From the human T2T-CHM13v2.0 reference genome, Homo sapiens: 64,000 nt of DNA. The notes beneath the pieces were generated by a model, which was not told where the DNA came from, made no database searches, and saw only the letters and a program-made list of their open reading frames with translations. Every line of letters begins with the position of its first letter. The first letter of the stretch is position 1. The translations under genes and the position numbers were made by a program. Positions 1 to 13,626 of the stretch are shown piece by piece. The stretch is taken from the NCBI RefSeq assembly GCF_009914755.1, contig NC_060942.1, one strand, 5' to 3'.

Positions 1-1091
1 GAATATACATGATACATATTTAATGCAAACTAGATAACTTTATAAAACATGCAGAAGGATAACCTCATCTACCATTTAAAAAGCCACTGATGAAGGCTTT
101 GATAATATACCAAATCCCTTCTGAAATTATAAAGATTTAATGGGAACACTTTATTTTCTCCAGCAGGCTTCTGCTGGCAAGAGAACCTGGGAAACAGAAA
201 CAGGGATGTGATCATTGTGTCTAAGGCTTTGGGGCAGCCCAAGCTACCACCTTCCTTTTCTCTCTTCAAAAACTTAGAGAGGTAATGTTGTCCTGGGTTT
301 TAAATAAAGGACCACACCAACATACATACATGTACACAGTTTTCAATTCAAGTACTTAAAAGTATAAGAACTTGACCTCATAAAAGCTCTCTTCCTGGTT
401 TCCTAATTTTGTCAGTTTTTAAATTTTTTTTGTTTGTTTCAAATACTCTCCATCAACTCTGTGAGAGGCCATGGCCCTACCTACTGCTAACCCAGTGATG
501 TTGACAGAAATAAAACATGAAATCTCATAGCTGTGGTCTACTAATGAATTCCTACTTGGTAAGAGTGAGACTCTTGCCCCCTGATATGGCCTTGCCAGAA
601 TTAAAAAAAAAAAAATGCAGAGAACCTGAAGCACTGAGCTTCTCCAATCTGGGAGAATTCCCCCTCCTGCAGGATGCTGAAACCACTGAATGTCAGTTCA
701 GGCAATGTCTCTGAGAAACACGGGAGGTATGAGAGAGCCTTAAATACTGATGTATAATATTATCTATGTGTTCCTTCCCGAACTTCGTAATTGCTGGCTC
801 AGTAGTAACCTACATGGCAGTAAACCTAAACCTAATTAGAATCATCATTTATGACTTGAGCCTGGGTTCATTTATGAATTTAGTCTGGATTAACTTCTTT
901 GGTGTTACCCAGCTCATTCCTTTAAGTGTCTCAACTGCTGGCTCCAATTTTGTCTCCTGGAAGATTTAATTTATCCTTCTCATAATTATTGGTTGCTGTC
1001 TCTCTGAAATTATAATACCCATGGTCTATATTAGTTGGTGTTAATACTCACTTTTATTTCTTTCTCCATGCCTACATAGCTAGGTATTTCT

Positions 1092-1224
1092 TTCTTTTTA
1101 ACACTTTTAGAGATGGGGTCTTACTATGTTGTCCAGGCTGGTCTTGAACTCCTGGCTTCAAGCAATCTTCCTGCCTCAGCCTCCCTAGTCACTGAGACTA
1201 CAGTCATTAGCCACAGTTCCTGGC
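1092..1224 (-). mobile_element. Alu left monomer (FLAM/AluJ-like)
   Basis: agatggggtcttactatgttgtccaggctggtcttgaactcctgg...cctggc preceded by a T-rich tail; flanking direct repeat ctagg(t/c)atttct at 1080 and 1229. Confidence 0.85.
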
Positions 1225-1516
1225 ACAACTAGGCATTTCTTTAAGGCAAGGGTTATTTTCTACCTACTTTTATCATTCATAGAATGGTTGTTATTCTGTA
1301 ATTATTATTCCATAAAAAAAGTTCAGGAAAAATGTTCTGGAAGCTACATTCCAAAGTTAAAAATGGACACCATGCCAGTTTCTATCTTGTTCTGTACAAA
1401 AATAATTTTTAAAAAGTCTTAAGGAAGAAGTTGGTTAGAGTGAGGGGAAATACTGACTTCTAGATATGGGCCTAACATTGTACTAAAGAGCAGCAGTGCA
1501 AAGAGCCCAGGTCAGC

Positions 1517-1790
1517 CTTTTTCAAACTGTGTTCCTTAGAAGTCTAATTCCATGAAATTATAATTGGTAATAGACACAAAAAAGATTCTGAGATCAAATT
1601 TGTTCAGAAAAAGAGAGGTTAAACAAAGTTTAACTGGTTATTTTATTGCAGAGCTTGGCAGAACATTTAATAGCTAAAATGCACGATGATATTCCAAGAG
1701 GGGGAAATTGTAGGCAAAGCTCCCAAAAGTATTTCACCATAGAATAATCTCTCAGGAAGCTTCACACTAGGCTAGAAGTACAGTTTTGAA
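1517..1790. mobile_element. Old non-autonomous DNA transposon fragment (hAT-Charlie/MER-like)
   Basis: aaacaaagtttaactgg...ttgcagagctt...tttaatagctaa...ccaagagggg resembles a recalled MER consensus; family name uncertain. Confidence 0.4.
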
Positions 1791-3880
1791 TATGTGACTC
1801 TAAATTCTGATTTGCTCTTAGAAAAATGTCTGATGTCAGGTTCCCTTAGCATTCATGGAGTTCCATTTGCTACCTACTCAAAGTTCCTTAAAGTCATTGA
1901 CGCTTTGGCTTTTTAAAGTTTTTATAACTTTTGGAATTCATCTGAAATTGGATTGGTTGTGGACATAATATACTTCCTTAGAAGTAATATAAGCAAGTAA
2001 ATCTGGTAGAGGACTCAGTGAAGCATAGAAGTATCTTGGAGGCCATCTTTTTAACCACCTGCCCCCAACATCATGAAAGTATAGAGTGTTCATGGTTTCA
2101 AATCTAGGTCAATATTTAAGCACTAGTATTTTAAATTGAATGTAACACTTTTTTTCATTTAGAAGGAACACCTTCTATCTCCATAGCATTTCTAACTTTC
2201 CAGAAGATGGTTTACTATGAGAATATACTAGTGCCTAACTCTAATGCCCTTTTATTGCCACCTCTTATCTGATGAATACATAACTAACTGTAGTAGTCCT
2301 AGAAGACATTCTCCCTCAAAATCATACACCTATTTAAAGACAGATAAATAGGCTGCTATTCTTTCAACATTCAGGAAACACGAAAGTTCCATAAATCTTT
2401 TCTGCATACTGGAAAGGAACAATCCTAGAATTCACAGGTTAATAAGAAAGATCAAAATATATGTAGGTAGCTATCATATAAAATTACATGAATGATTATA
2501 GAGCTCTGCAGGACAGAGCCAGAGCATTTAGGCAGAGGTCGGGGAGTGGAAAAATGGAAGGCTCCATGAAGTAGGTGGCACATGAACCTATAATGAATGG
2601 AAGTCAGTGAGACAAAGAATGGAAGAGGGGGAGAGAATCTTAGGCTGAACGACAGGTTGGCCTTGTGCTTCTTCTTTTCATTATACCAAATTACTGCCAA
2701 GTGTCACTATTATTAGGTAAGTAACATTACAATTATTGGTTATATTGTAAATGTATTTCTTAAAATGTATGATTTTGGTGAAATTTTTCGTTTTTAATCT
2801 ATCCAATCCTTTCCTCAACAAAACTACATGCTTTTATAGGATGGAGCCCATTTTTTCTCTGTTAAATCCCTTAGAGAACAAGGCACAGAAGTAGTTGAAT
2901 ATGTGTAATGAAAACCATAGTTTCTCCAAACAGACGAAACAGAATGTGAAAGTTTAAGCAATGGCTTGAACTTGGGAAGAAAAGAGATGACTTCCATTAA
3001 ACAGCCAGGTAATTTCTCTCATTATCTTTGGAATCAGGTAATTAGTTAAACTCAGTGTCTGAGGAGCCAAATACAAGGACCTGAGCACCTTCTATGCAGA
3101 ACTGTCACCTCCTTGTAGCACTGGACAGAGTTCCCCTTCCTTGTCACTAGAAACCAAATTAGATTCAGGCCTGCTCTAGATCACCAGGTGCCTTGGGAGC
3201 TGGCCTGCCCAAAGTGTATAATTCCCCACATCTTGAGAGAGTGTGAACAGCAGCCCTTTTCCCAATATCTGGAGAAAAACAAGGTTAGCATTTCAATGAG
3301 CACTCAAACAGAGAAAGCTGGAATAAATGAAAGTTTCTCTGCCCTACAAAGCCCTGTTTTGTATTCTTTCTCCAATTCCAAGAGCACTCTGACCTTTCCA
3401 TTACCGGGTTCTACTCCACAAAGTTGTAATTGTCTATTTATTTTTCTGCCTCTTCCATTTGACTCTAAGCTCAGCAAAGGCAGGGACTGATTTGATCTCA
3501 GCCACCATCTACTCACCAGTATCAAGCATAAGATCTCACTCTTAACAGGCAAGAAAATTTAAGAAATAAAAGAAACACAAATAATGTGATGGGCCTTTAA
3601 TCAAGGAAACCCATCGTAATTTGTCTTCTTTCATGCATAGGGAAGAAGATATTTAAAGTCTGAGCAGTTACCAAAGAGTTACAGGATTAGGCCCTCTTAG
3701 GCCAAATTCAAGTACAGACAATGAGACCAAACAGCAGAGGCCATTTAATCATCATGTAGGCAGAAATTCAAGAAAGGGAATGAGTTGACTAAATGAGAAA
3801 TGGCTCAATAGTTTTCATTATCCAAATAACATTTTTCCCCATAAGCCTGGACAAGGGTCAGCAGGCATTTAGATACTGCC

Positions 3881-3907
3881 TTTGTTTGTTTGTTTGTTTG
3901 TTTGTTT
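3881..3907. repeat. (TTTG)6-7 microsatellite
   Basis: Direct reading. Confidence 0.95.
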
Positions 3908-4271
3908 CTGGTTTTGCTGGCTCATTTGGTAATTGTAAATGACATTCTTTGGCATGAATTTTAAAAGTTAATTACATCCCAATGCTTTGCAATGAACAAT
4001 AAAATCACAGACCAAACATGATCTTTTGAGCTGTGCTAGGTGCAATGTATTTACTTTTTATCATGGAATTTAATCTTATCCAAAGTTGGAAAACTGAGAT
4101 TGTGGTTGCAAGGAGAGTCAATAGTGTGTAGATAGGAATTAGAGGTAGAATGGGGATGCTGGGCCTGGCTATCATTCTTTCTATTGGATGGATAGAGCTA
4201 CTCAGGTCTGCATGTCCCAGACTGATTCTCCCCGTCAAGGGGAAATAATAAGAAAATGTGCTGAAACATGC

Positions 4272-4630
4272 ATGTTTTAGCTTGAGTTCTCTGGGAACCA
4301 GATACTGACACAGTGTTTTGCATGTCAGATGTTTATTAGATAATTATCTTGGTACCAATGCCTGTAGCAAAAAGGGGAAGAAAGTTGGATGGGAGGGAAA
4401 AAATCAAGCTACACTGCGAGACTACTGACAGGCTTGACCAGCCCCTTGGGGCGATATGAAACTACTGCCACTTCAGAGTTGCCCCCTGTTGACTGAGCCT
4501 TTTTATACTCCTACATTGATCAGTCAGTAGGTGTTGGCCACACTCAGAAGAAATATAAGCCTTAGACAAGTTGGTTCTTTGAAGCTTGAGGCAATACCTA
4601 AAGGGTCTAAAAATTGATGTGGCTCTTCCC
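4272..4630 (-). mobile_element. ERVL solo LTR (LTR16A-like)
   Basis: gtttatt (antisense poly(A) signal), cttcagagttgccc and attgatcagtcagtagg motifs collinear with recalled LTR16 consensus. Confidence 0.6.
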
Positions 4631-4889
4631 AGAGCACACACTTCCTCTTACAAAGCTGAGAATAGAACCAAGAAACCCAATAACTGAGAACCCATTGGAT
4701 ATTCCTGAGATGTCTAAGGTCAATCAGGAAGTAACAGTACAGGTAAAAGAAAGAAAGTAGGTCCCTTGCAGGTACTTTACAATTACCAGATCCAAAAGGG
4801 GCAATGTTGTTCAAATAAGAATTAGGACCTGATGAGGAGTAAAGGTATTAAAAGAATAATCACTCCAATTTGTCTATGTTTTAAAATAC

Positions 4890-5085
4890 ATTTAATATAC
4901 TGTCACATCCACTTTTACATTTGATCTTGGTATCAACCCTGTGTAGTAGACAGAGGAGGGAGCATCATCTCTAATTTGCGAATGAAGAAACTGAGGGCCA
5001 GAAGGGAAAAGTGGTTTTCCTGTGGTCACTTAGTATATTTCAGGGTTGAGGAAACATCCAAGACTTCCTGATTTATAAGTCTTAT
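4890..5085 (-). mobile_element. MIR SINE
   Basis: Antisense MIR core atgaagaaactgagg...gtggttttcctgtggtcac. Confidence 0.7.
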
Positions 5086-5404
5086 AGCCCATGAGACTAT
5101 TTCCCTTCTTCTTAGTTTTAATCTAATGGAGTATCTTACTTAAGGAGCTCTTCCCAGCCAAGGGCATTAGCCCAGCTGTTGCAGATAGCCCCATCTCTTG
5201 GGGGAAATGAGATTCCCACTGTCTCTGCTGCTGGCTTCCAAAATTCACATAGCTCACACATTCTTACTGTCCTCCATTTCTTTTCTGTAGACCATGATAA
5301 TCCTATTCTATTCCCAATTGGTTATAATTTTATCATATACCAAAAGGAATCTTTAAGCCACTACTGAATTTATAGCCTCACTCCAAAACTGGAAGTTGAG
5401 ATAA

Positions 5405-5500
5405 CTAAATCCTGTGGCATGACTTTGAGCAAAGCACTTCCTATGCCTGGAGCTCAGTTTCTTTATTTGAAAATAATTTGTGGGCTCATGATGTCTATAG
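5405..5500 (+). mobile_element. MIR fragment
   Basis: atgactttgagcaa...ctcagtttctttatttgaaaat core. Confidence 0.6.
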
Positions 5501-7589
5501 TTCCTTCTAAGTTTAAAATGCAGACTATGAATGTAGAAGCTGACTTTAATGTCTTCTACAGGCACTCTGTGAAGCTGTTTAATAATGCTCCTCAGGTGCT
5601 ATCAATAACAACTTGTATTGCTTTTTTTCATGCTGTGATTTTCTGAATCTCAGTTATATGTTGCTACTAAAGTCACAGCATCCCTTCTATTAATTCCAAG
5701 AATTAGAAACTGGTATGTGTAGTCTAATTTTTCTTTTTATAGGTGCTTTAATATTTTTTTCCAAAAATGAAAAAAGCAAGCCAAGAGTATATTAAAAGAA
5801 ATTTTATGAAATCTTAGCTCTCTTGAGTATCCATACATTCTGTTTTTTTCAAGATTACCTGGGACTAAAGTAATCAGACTTAGGAACCCAAAAATTTAAA
5901 ATATAAATTATTGATGCTGCTATAGAAAGAAGTGCAGAGATTATCTGCTCAACAAATTATCTTACAAATAAGGAAAATGTATTCCAAATATAGGAAGCAT
6001 ACACTGTGTACAAATTTTTATCAACTAAAAAAACACAATAGGACAATTTTGACATTATGCCCTGCAACTATATTTTACTTTTAATTATCATCTAAATAAT
6101 AATTATGGAAGAGAGAAGTGAGGACACTCATTATAAGAACTCCACTGTCCTGAGTATCTCTATGGCCTCCAACCAATTAGTTAGGTTCTTAACTAACCAG
6201 AGTCTCTGGAAAGAAGAGGAGTTACTGCATTAAATACCAAAAACTCTGGGCCTTTTCAAACCATTGTGGCTGCATTTCCCTGCTCAAAGAGGTAGGAATT
6301 TGAAAAATCTAGATTAGCACAGTGACCCTGGGGAACCAGTTAGTCAACCCAGCCTTCATTCTGGTGTATAGGTGATAACAATATAAAATGCCAATTTTCT
6401 GGAAGTGGGGACTAAATGATGTATGATTTTCTCTTCTCAGCACTTCCCTGACTCCAATCTTACCATGACCCCAGGAAGAGTTCCCAAGACAGGTTTGCCC
6501 TCTCCTTACACCCAATATTTGAATACAAATACCCATGTCTCAGAGAGACATGCCTCTTTCCTATCTATCTGCAACATTCAGTTAGTTGTCAAAAGAAGCT
6601 CTGCCACTAAATAATAATGACTCCAAAATGTTTTATGTGTTACTCTTCTCCCAGGTTTTGTTCTACAGTAGTAAATAAATGACGGGGGAGCCTAGTTCTT
6701 TAAATCAAAGGCTTTAGTCTCTACAATTTGACTTTTAATACTGTGTAACAGAGCAAGGAGGAACAGGTTTGCCTGGAAACAGTCCCTCAGTTAATCTTTA
6801 ATTGCGCTGCCTAGGTGCAATGACACCTACATCATCTGGGCACAAGGTCATACCTTGTGGTGGGTTTTTAGAAAATGCCAATGTACTTTTCTAATTTGAA
6901 CCTTTTTGTATTGAAAGCCCAGTGTTCTTTTAGTCAACATTGATATTAATCTTACAAAAAAAGGCTGTAATTCAGTCATTACATGGAACCTGGCCAAGCT
7001 TTTTACCTTGAGATAATTTGTCTCCGACTTGAAACTGTGGGGCTCAGTGTTTTTCTTTTCATTTCCAGTTTCCCTGAATATATTTATATGTGGAAAAAAA
7101 AAACAAGAACAAAAATATGCTTCAGTTCTTATTTGCGCAAAATACCCACAAAATTAGGGCGAAACCCAACACTAAGCATTCTCTGCCTCCCCCACCTAAC
7201 TGTCCATCAAGACACAAAAACTCAGGCTGAGCAATTGAGTCTTACATTTATATCTACATGACATTTAGGAAAATTGAAGACTGGAAGCTACACATACAAG
7301 TAAAACCAGTGATTAGAGACAATGAGATTCAGTCTGAAGGAAAAAAAAACAGTGATATTATTAAAGAGACACTGACAAGTCCTTCAGTCCCCAAATATAG
7401 ACTACAGCAAAAAGCTAACAGTTCTACAATTTATCACAAATGTAGGCATGGGTTTCCTTTAACATCAATAAAAACATGTTTTCCCCACAGTTGTACATTG
7501 TGTCAGAAAAACTTGAAACTTACTTACATATTTGAAATACAATTTTAAAATTCTCCTAAGTGTCATTTACTTAGAGGCAAGGGAGCAGA

Positions 7590-7810
7590 GCCTGGAGAGC
7601 ACAGGGTTTGGAAGCAGACAAACAATAAGCATTCAACTCTGTCACTAGCTATATAATTCTGGCAATGTATTTAATTTCTCTAAGCTTCAGAGTCCATTTG
7701 CTTGAATGGGTTATTTTATATTTACAACACACGATCGTTGTAAGGACTAAATGAGATACATCACACAGTGCCTGACAAATAGGTGTCCTAAATAAATACT
7801 TGCTATTAGA
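7590..7810 (+). mobile_element. MIR SINE, near full length
   Basis: agagcacagggtttggaagcagac...gttgtaaggactaaatgaga...acagtgcctgaca...aataaatact. Confidence 0.75.
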
Positions 7811-7899
7811 TTATAATTATTAATGCTTCAACTCAATAGCTGTTTCATGTCTATAATATGTTTAGTATTGAACCAATAGAGACTTGTATCCCCCGGGAA

Positions 7900-8350
7900 A
7901 CAGAGATGCATGGGAGTTAAGATGGGGCTGAAGTGGTTTGAGAAAGGTACCATGTGCGTCTTGGTTCTAAATTGAGATCAGCTCTGTGAGCAGGCACAAT
8001 ATGCAAGTGTGAACAAGTGTGGAAGAGTGTGGTAAGCAAATGGACATGAACATGGACATTAGCAAAGGCAAAGATGAGGAAATGGGCCATTTATTCAGCA
8101 AAATTTGAGTGGCTTGGTCTGACTGATACTTAAATAACAGTATAATACTGGGAGATGAGTCTGGACAGAAAGGTTATAAAGAGCCTTGAACTCCAGATTT
8201 AATGTAATTGGCAACAGAGTCATTGACGATATCAAGGAAATGAAGTGATAAAATAAAGTTTCACTTTAAGAAGTTTGATATGACAGGAGACTATAGAATG
8301 TATTAGAGTGTAGGAAGAGAGCTAAAAAGAGCTTCAAGGTTATTGAAAAA
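7900..8350 (-). mobile_element. L2 fragment
   Basis: Purine-rich degenerate L2-like motifs (agagccttgaactccag, aattggcaacagagtcattga). Confidence 0.4.
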
Positions 8351-9589
8351 AATATGTCAAAGTAATAGTAATATTTCCCAGTTACCATTGAAACCTCTCA
8401 AAGCAGAAAGAATGACCTCAAAATAACTTTATTTTCTAAGCAGGGCTCCTGTAAGTGCAGAAATTCTATATTTCTGGAATTCTGGGTATATTAGAGATGC
8501 ATGCCCCAGGAAGGAGACAGGTAATAATAGGAAGCTTAAGGTCATATTACTCTCTCACTGGCTGACAAACATTCCCAGATGTCCAGCTCTCTTACCCAGA
8601 TTCTTTTTAAAATGGCTACAAATCGACAATGGAGAGAGAGAGAATTAAATGCATACTTTTTGGACCTTTATCCTTACTCTTGATTCTAATTTTGCCAGTC
8701 TGAAGGAGGTCAATATTTCATTATATCTAGAGTTTTGCAGTAAGGAGCCTCTAAACCTCCCTATTAATTGTCATGAAGAAGGAAGATAAGACTTGCAAGA
8801 TGTCAGGCTTAGGTGGAAGAGTGAGACAGAATTATGAGCCTGATGAGTGTATAGGAAGAGGATGAAAGAATGGTGGCAGTGGCATGATTCAAAACGTAGC
8901 AATCCTACAGCTTCACATTACTGAAGCTTAACTCATTATTTTTTATATATGATGAATTACAGTTTAGGTGAAAAATCTGTTTAAAAAATCACATGACATT
9001 CACAGTTCTTGGCTATTTGCCTGTTGCTTAGAGCCTAAGCTATACACAAACCCAAAAATTTGCTGAGATACAACATAATAACAACCAATAATCAGTAAGC
9101 TAAATGTCTTGTTCATAGATACATACTGCCAGTTAGCCATGTAGCAAGACCTCACACTCCTTTGTTTTAGTCCAAATTTATTTCCGTTGCTCCAACACAG
9201 TCTTATAGAAGAGAAACATTCAAGATGATGACAGACTAGACTAAAATTTGCCTGTACTGTCCAATTCTTTTGCCCCGTTTCCTCTCACCCATGATAGTTA
9301 CAGAACAATATTTTATAACTATGGCGAACAATGAGGAGCAAACAATTTCTTGAAGCGATGTATAGCTTCTTGAAACTACAGCCTGGAGCTTTTCCATAAT
9401 AGCCTGGTTCTCCCCATTTGTCTTGTATTTTATACCTAAATGGGCTACATTATTTCCAAATGTAAAATGAGCCAATTGAACCTGTTAGGCTCATGAAGTT
9501 GCCAGGTTTGGAGAAAATAAAAGGATCATGGATATATTAAAGATTGGTTTTGTATAAAGATAGTTCATCTTTAAACCAGGCAACTTGAA

Positions 9590-9700
9590 ATAAATCCAGT
9601 AACTGTGTGTCCATGTGTAAGACATTTAATCTTCCTGGCCTCAGTTTCCTCATCTGTAAAATAAGAGATTAAACAAAAGAACTGGTGAGCTCTTTTAAAA
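9590..9700 (+). mobile_element. MIR core
   Basis: ggcctcagtttcctcatctgtaaaat. Confidence 0.75.
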
Positions 9701-11335
9701 TGGAATATTCCATGAGTCAAAACCTCTTAAAGAAATAGCCAGTAAATTGATGCTCCAAAGGCAGATGGCAAAGCTGGCAATGTCCAGAAAGTGACAGCTC
9801 CTTGGTTACCCACTTACACCTTTCAGAGAAAAATAGGAAGTACCCAACTGCTTCTAATTGTAATATGCACTGTGCTAGGGAAGGACAAAGTCAAATGTGT
9901 TAAAGGCCTAATGAGGTGTGTGGGAGCAACCTCCCTCTGCAGTTTGCAGCTTTTTCACACTGCTAGCTCTCACTGCCCCATCAGCAGGTGTGAAAGAAGA
10001 GTCAAGGGAAAAGAGTAGTTGCTTTCTGGCCCAAAATGATGACATAAAAGGAACTATACCAATGCCTTCACTTTATTGTTTTCACACAAACTTGACAGAG
10101 GATTCTTAAATATTGTTTTGCTTTCAGCATCAGCCTCCTAATAGGAGAAATGCCAGACTTGTTAGAAATAGAGTCTGATCCATTCTGTAGAAGAGTTAAC
10201 AGTTTAGTTAAGATCCATGAAATCTGGATGCAGCCCATATGGAATTGTCACTGTTGCTTTCATTAAAGCTGGAATTACGCACATCAACATATGACTGCAC
10301 CAATGTGGAATATTAGAAATCACCCTGGCATGTATCTTCCACAAGTGGCGAATCTGTCATACAGGGGCTACCTTGGTTCTGCCACTCACATGGTTAAAAT
10401 TATCTAGCTTTGAAAGTTTATTTATTTGTAAAAATATGCAAATGTGTTCCTGCTTATTAAACCCATTAGGATTATGAGAATCAATTGTGAAGAAATGGAC
10501 GTATTGCATATTAAATTTTAATTCCTATGTATGATCATGTTTTCTAAGACACATTTTTCAGAATAATCTCTTTTTTAAATATTAGCGATTATAGAGTTCT
10601 TAGGGTTGAATAATTCTCAGTAAACCTGCATGTATCTCTAGAATTATGTTTGTAAATATTTTTTTCTTAAAACACTTTCTCCAGATGTAAACTTCCTTAG
10701 TAGCCTAATCCTTAATTTCATTATATTTCTCTTTATAATTACTAGAACTTATTCTTCCTGCAATTCTACTCTCCTTTAGTAGAGCACTTTAATTTACTTT
10801 ATTAGAATGGCTTAATAATTGTATTGTAGATCTAAAAGATAAAATTAATTATATATTTTAATTGATAATTTTATAGATTTCACTGAAATTTGTGAAGAAT
10901 TCTGAAAGGACGTTATAATTATCACTTTGTACATTTCTATTTGCAAGTCAGATACATCTGAATGAGCACTGATATCTTGGCTGTATTGTTTGAAAAATTA
11001 ATCTGCAAATGAGAGTTTATCCCCCTCTTCAATTAGATTTCAAAACTAATCTATCAAAATAACTAAATAGAAAATTATTTTTGCACAAGGAAACTTCAGA
11101 TTGAAATGTGTGACTAGTGCAATTAATTCTCTTTCTCATTTAATTTTGAAACATTTATGATCTGTATTTAATGTAACTTTGGTTTTTGTTCCCAGACTCC
11201 AAACAGCCCAGGAGAGTTTCATATGAGTTATAAAGTTCCACCCCCACCCCATTTCTCTAAAGTTAATAGACCCACATGTTAATACACCCTCAGGGATACA
11301 TTTGCATCATTTTCCAGTCATCTGTGACTGTAAAC

Positions 11336-11590
11336 TTTCTTTTTTAATTTTTAATTTTTGTTGGTACGTAGTAGGTGTATATGTTTATGAGGTACATGAG
11401 CTACTTTGAAACAGACATGCAATACGTAATAATCACATCATGGTAAGTGGGGAATTCATCCCTTCAAGTACTTACCCTTTGTGTTGCACACAATATAATT
11501 ATATTATTCTAGTTATTTTTAAATGTATGATTAAATTATTATTGGTTATAGTTGCCCTGTTGTGCTATCAAATACGAGGTCTTATTTCTA
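11336..11590 (-). mobile_element. 5'-truncated L1MA 3' end
   Basis: T-rich tail then ggtacgtagtaggtgtatatg...ttgtgctatcaaatac, typical antisense L1MA 3'UTR. Confidence 0.8.
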
Positions 11591-11710
11591 ACTTTTAAAT
11601 TCAATATTATCCAGTGTTACCAGAAAGAATTAAAAGAGTATTTGAAATTATTTAAATGACCTTACTAAACCATCAATTTTGAACATATGTCTCCATGCTA
11701 TTTAATCAAG

Positions 11711-11734
11711 GATGATGATGATGATGATGATGAT
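11711..11734. repeat. (GAT)8 microsatellite
   Basis: Direct reading. Confidence 0.95.
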
Positions 11735-13332
11735 ATTTGCCTCCCATTAGATGCAGTAGGTGATACGAATCAACTATAGAGCTCAGTCCATGTTTTTCAA
11801 AACTTTAGTGTCCACTTTAGTGCTCAAAATATTTCATGTTATTCAGAGTGAAGTGAGTAAATAAGCCTTCAAGGTTCTTCTCATATAAGAAACTAAACTT
11901 AAGGTTGTTACATATTTACCCTTACAGACCATAATCATCCCATGACAAGGTGTAAAAAAACCCCCAGGATTTGTCCTCTTTATCTCTAACCACCTCTTTT
12001 TCTATTCTATGCCTTGACACTCTATTCCAACATATCACACTCAATAATTCCATGTGAGTGATGGAATTGTGAGTGATCAATTTCAGTTGATCAATTTCAG
12101 GGATACTCTGAAATTGATATCTCATATAACATCTGTTTGTTTGCACTCCTGGAAACACTCTTTTAAGGTATTACTGAGTTTATTAGATGTTGCAGAATAA
12201 GAAATAGTATGAAAACATCTTCTGAAGTTCAGAAAAAGAATCCCTGAGAAACAACTTCCATAATGAAATACAAAATCCAGAAACAGAGGATGTGGTTAGT
12301 CTATTTTAAAAAAATGTGAGGCTGTTTGCATAACTGAAAACCTTCATCAATTCTGCTTGTAAGCAGGTGATTTCCTATGTAGTATTACCGAAAAGGCTTC
12401 AGGAGGTGACATGTAAAAACACAGCCTTCCCAAGTTTCATGAAGTTAAAATTTTATTGTGACAATGTTATTATTTAAGTATTTAAATACAAAAGCCCCTA
12501 GGGGGAAAAGTAACACTTTATGTAGTTATCTGTGACCATCATAAAGTGATCTTATGATACCTTATAATTTTGAAATTATATAAATATATTATTATACCTT
12601 AGTTAAAAGTATCTGAGAAGTGTTGATTATAGAAATAGAATCTGGGGCTTCTTGGTTCCCAAGACACATTTAATGAACAGATACAGAAATAACGTAAAAA
12701 CAGAGGACTCAAACCAAAACAGTTTTATCAGCTTCACATTTTACCTGAAGCTGGCACTTCCCCAATACACTGAAGAATTCTTGTACCAGAAATCTCAGAA
12801 ATAAGTCCATAGTGTATTAGAAAAAGAAAAAGAGAAATTTAGCTTCCAAACTTTGATGTTGATTTCAGAGATCTGTAAAGACTACTGTAAATTTAAACAC
12901 AAGATCGTTTTTTAAAAAAATATCAGGGAAAACTAGTTTAGATAATTACTATAGTCAGTTTTGGAGCCGGGAAAATTGATGCCAAATAACACAAGCACAA
13001 ACACAAACCAGAAATTTAAAAATGCCTCAAGCTTATTCCCTTAGAATACAATACTGCTCCTCATCCCTCATCACCAGTGTTGTTTCTGACCTCAGTTCAA
13101 TTTAGCAGTGAGGGTGATTCTTCTGATCTCTGAAGAATTACCCTGAACTCCACCAGACCTCACTGGCATCCCTTAAACCAGCTTTATTTCCACTAGCTCA
13201 TTAGACATCTATCAACTGTGAACTTCAGTTAGTCATTGGTTCTTCAGAGATGGAATTCCAGCCTCTCCTTTATCCCTGCCTTATCCCTGACCTACCAATC
13301 AAGAATAGGCAATTAAATGACATTTACACCCC

Positions 13333-13626
<294 letters not shown>

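Noticed and set aside
60-270. Minus-strand ORF with acceptor-like ccctgtttctgtttcccAG near 188
   Set aside because: Only weak donors downstream, no recognisable protein, non-ATG start
10180-10390. Complex-looking stretch tested as a coding exon
   Set aside because: The frames I translated on both strands hit stops within about 30 codons and no good splice pair was found
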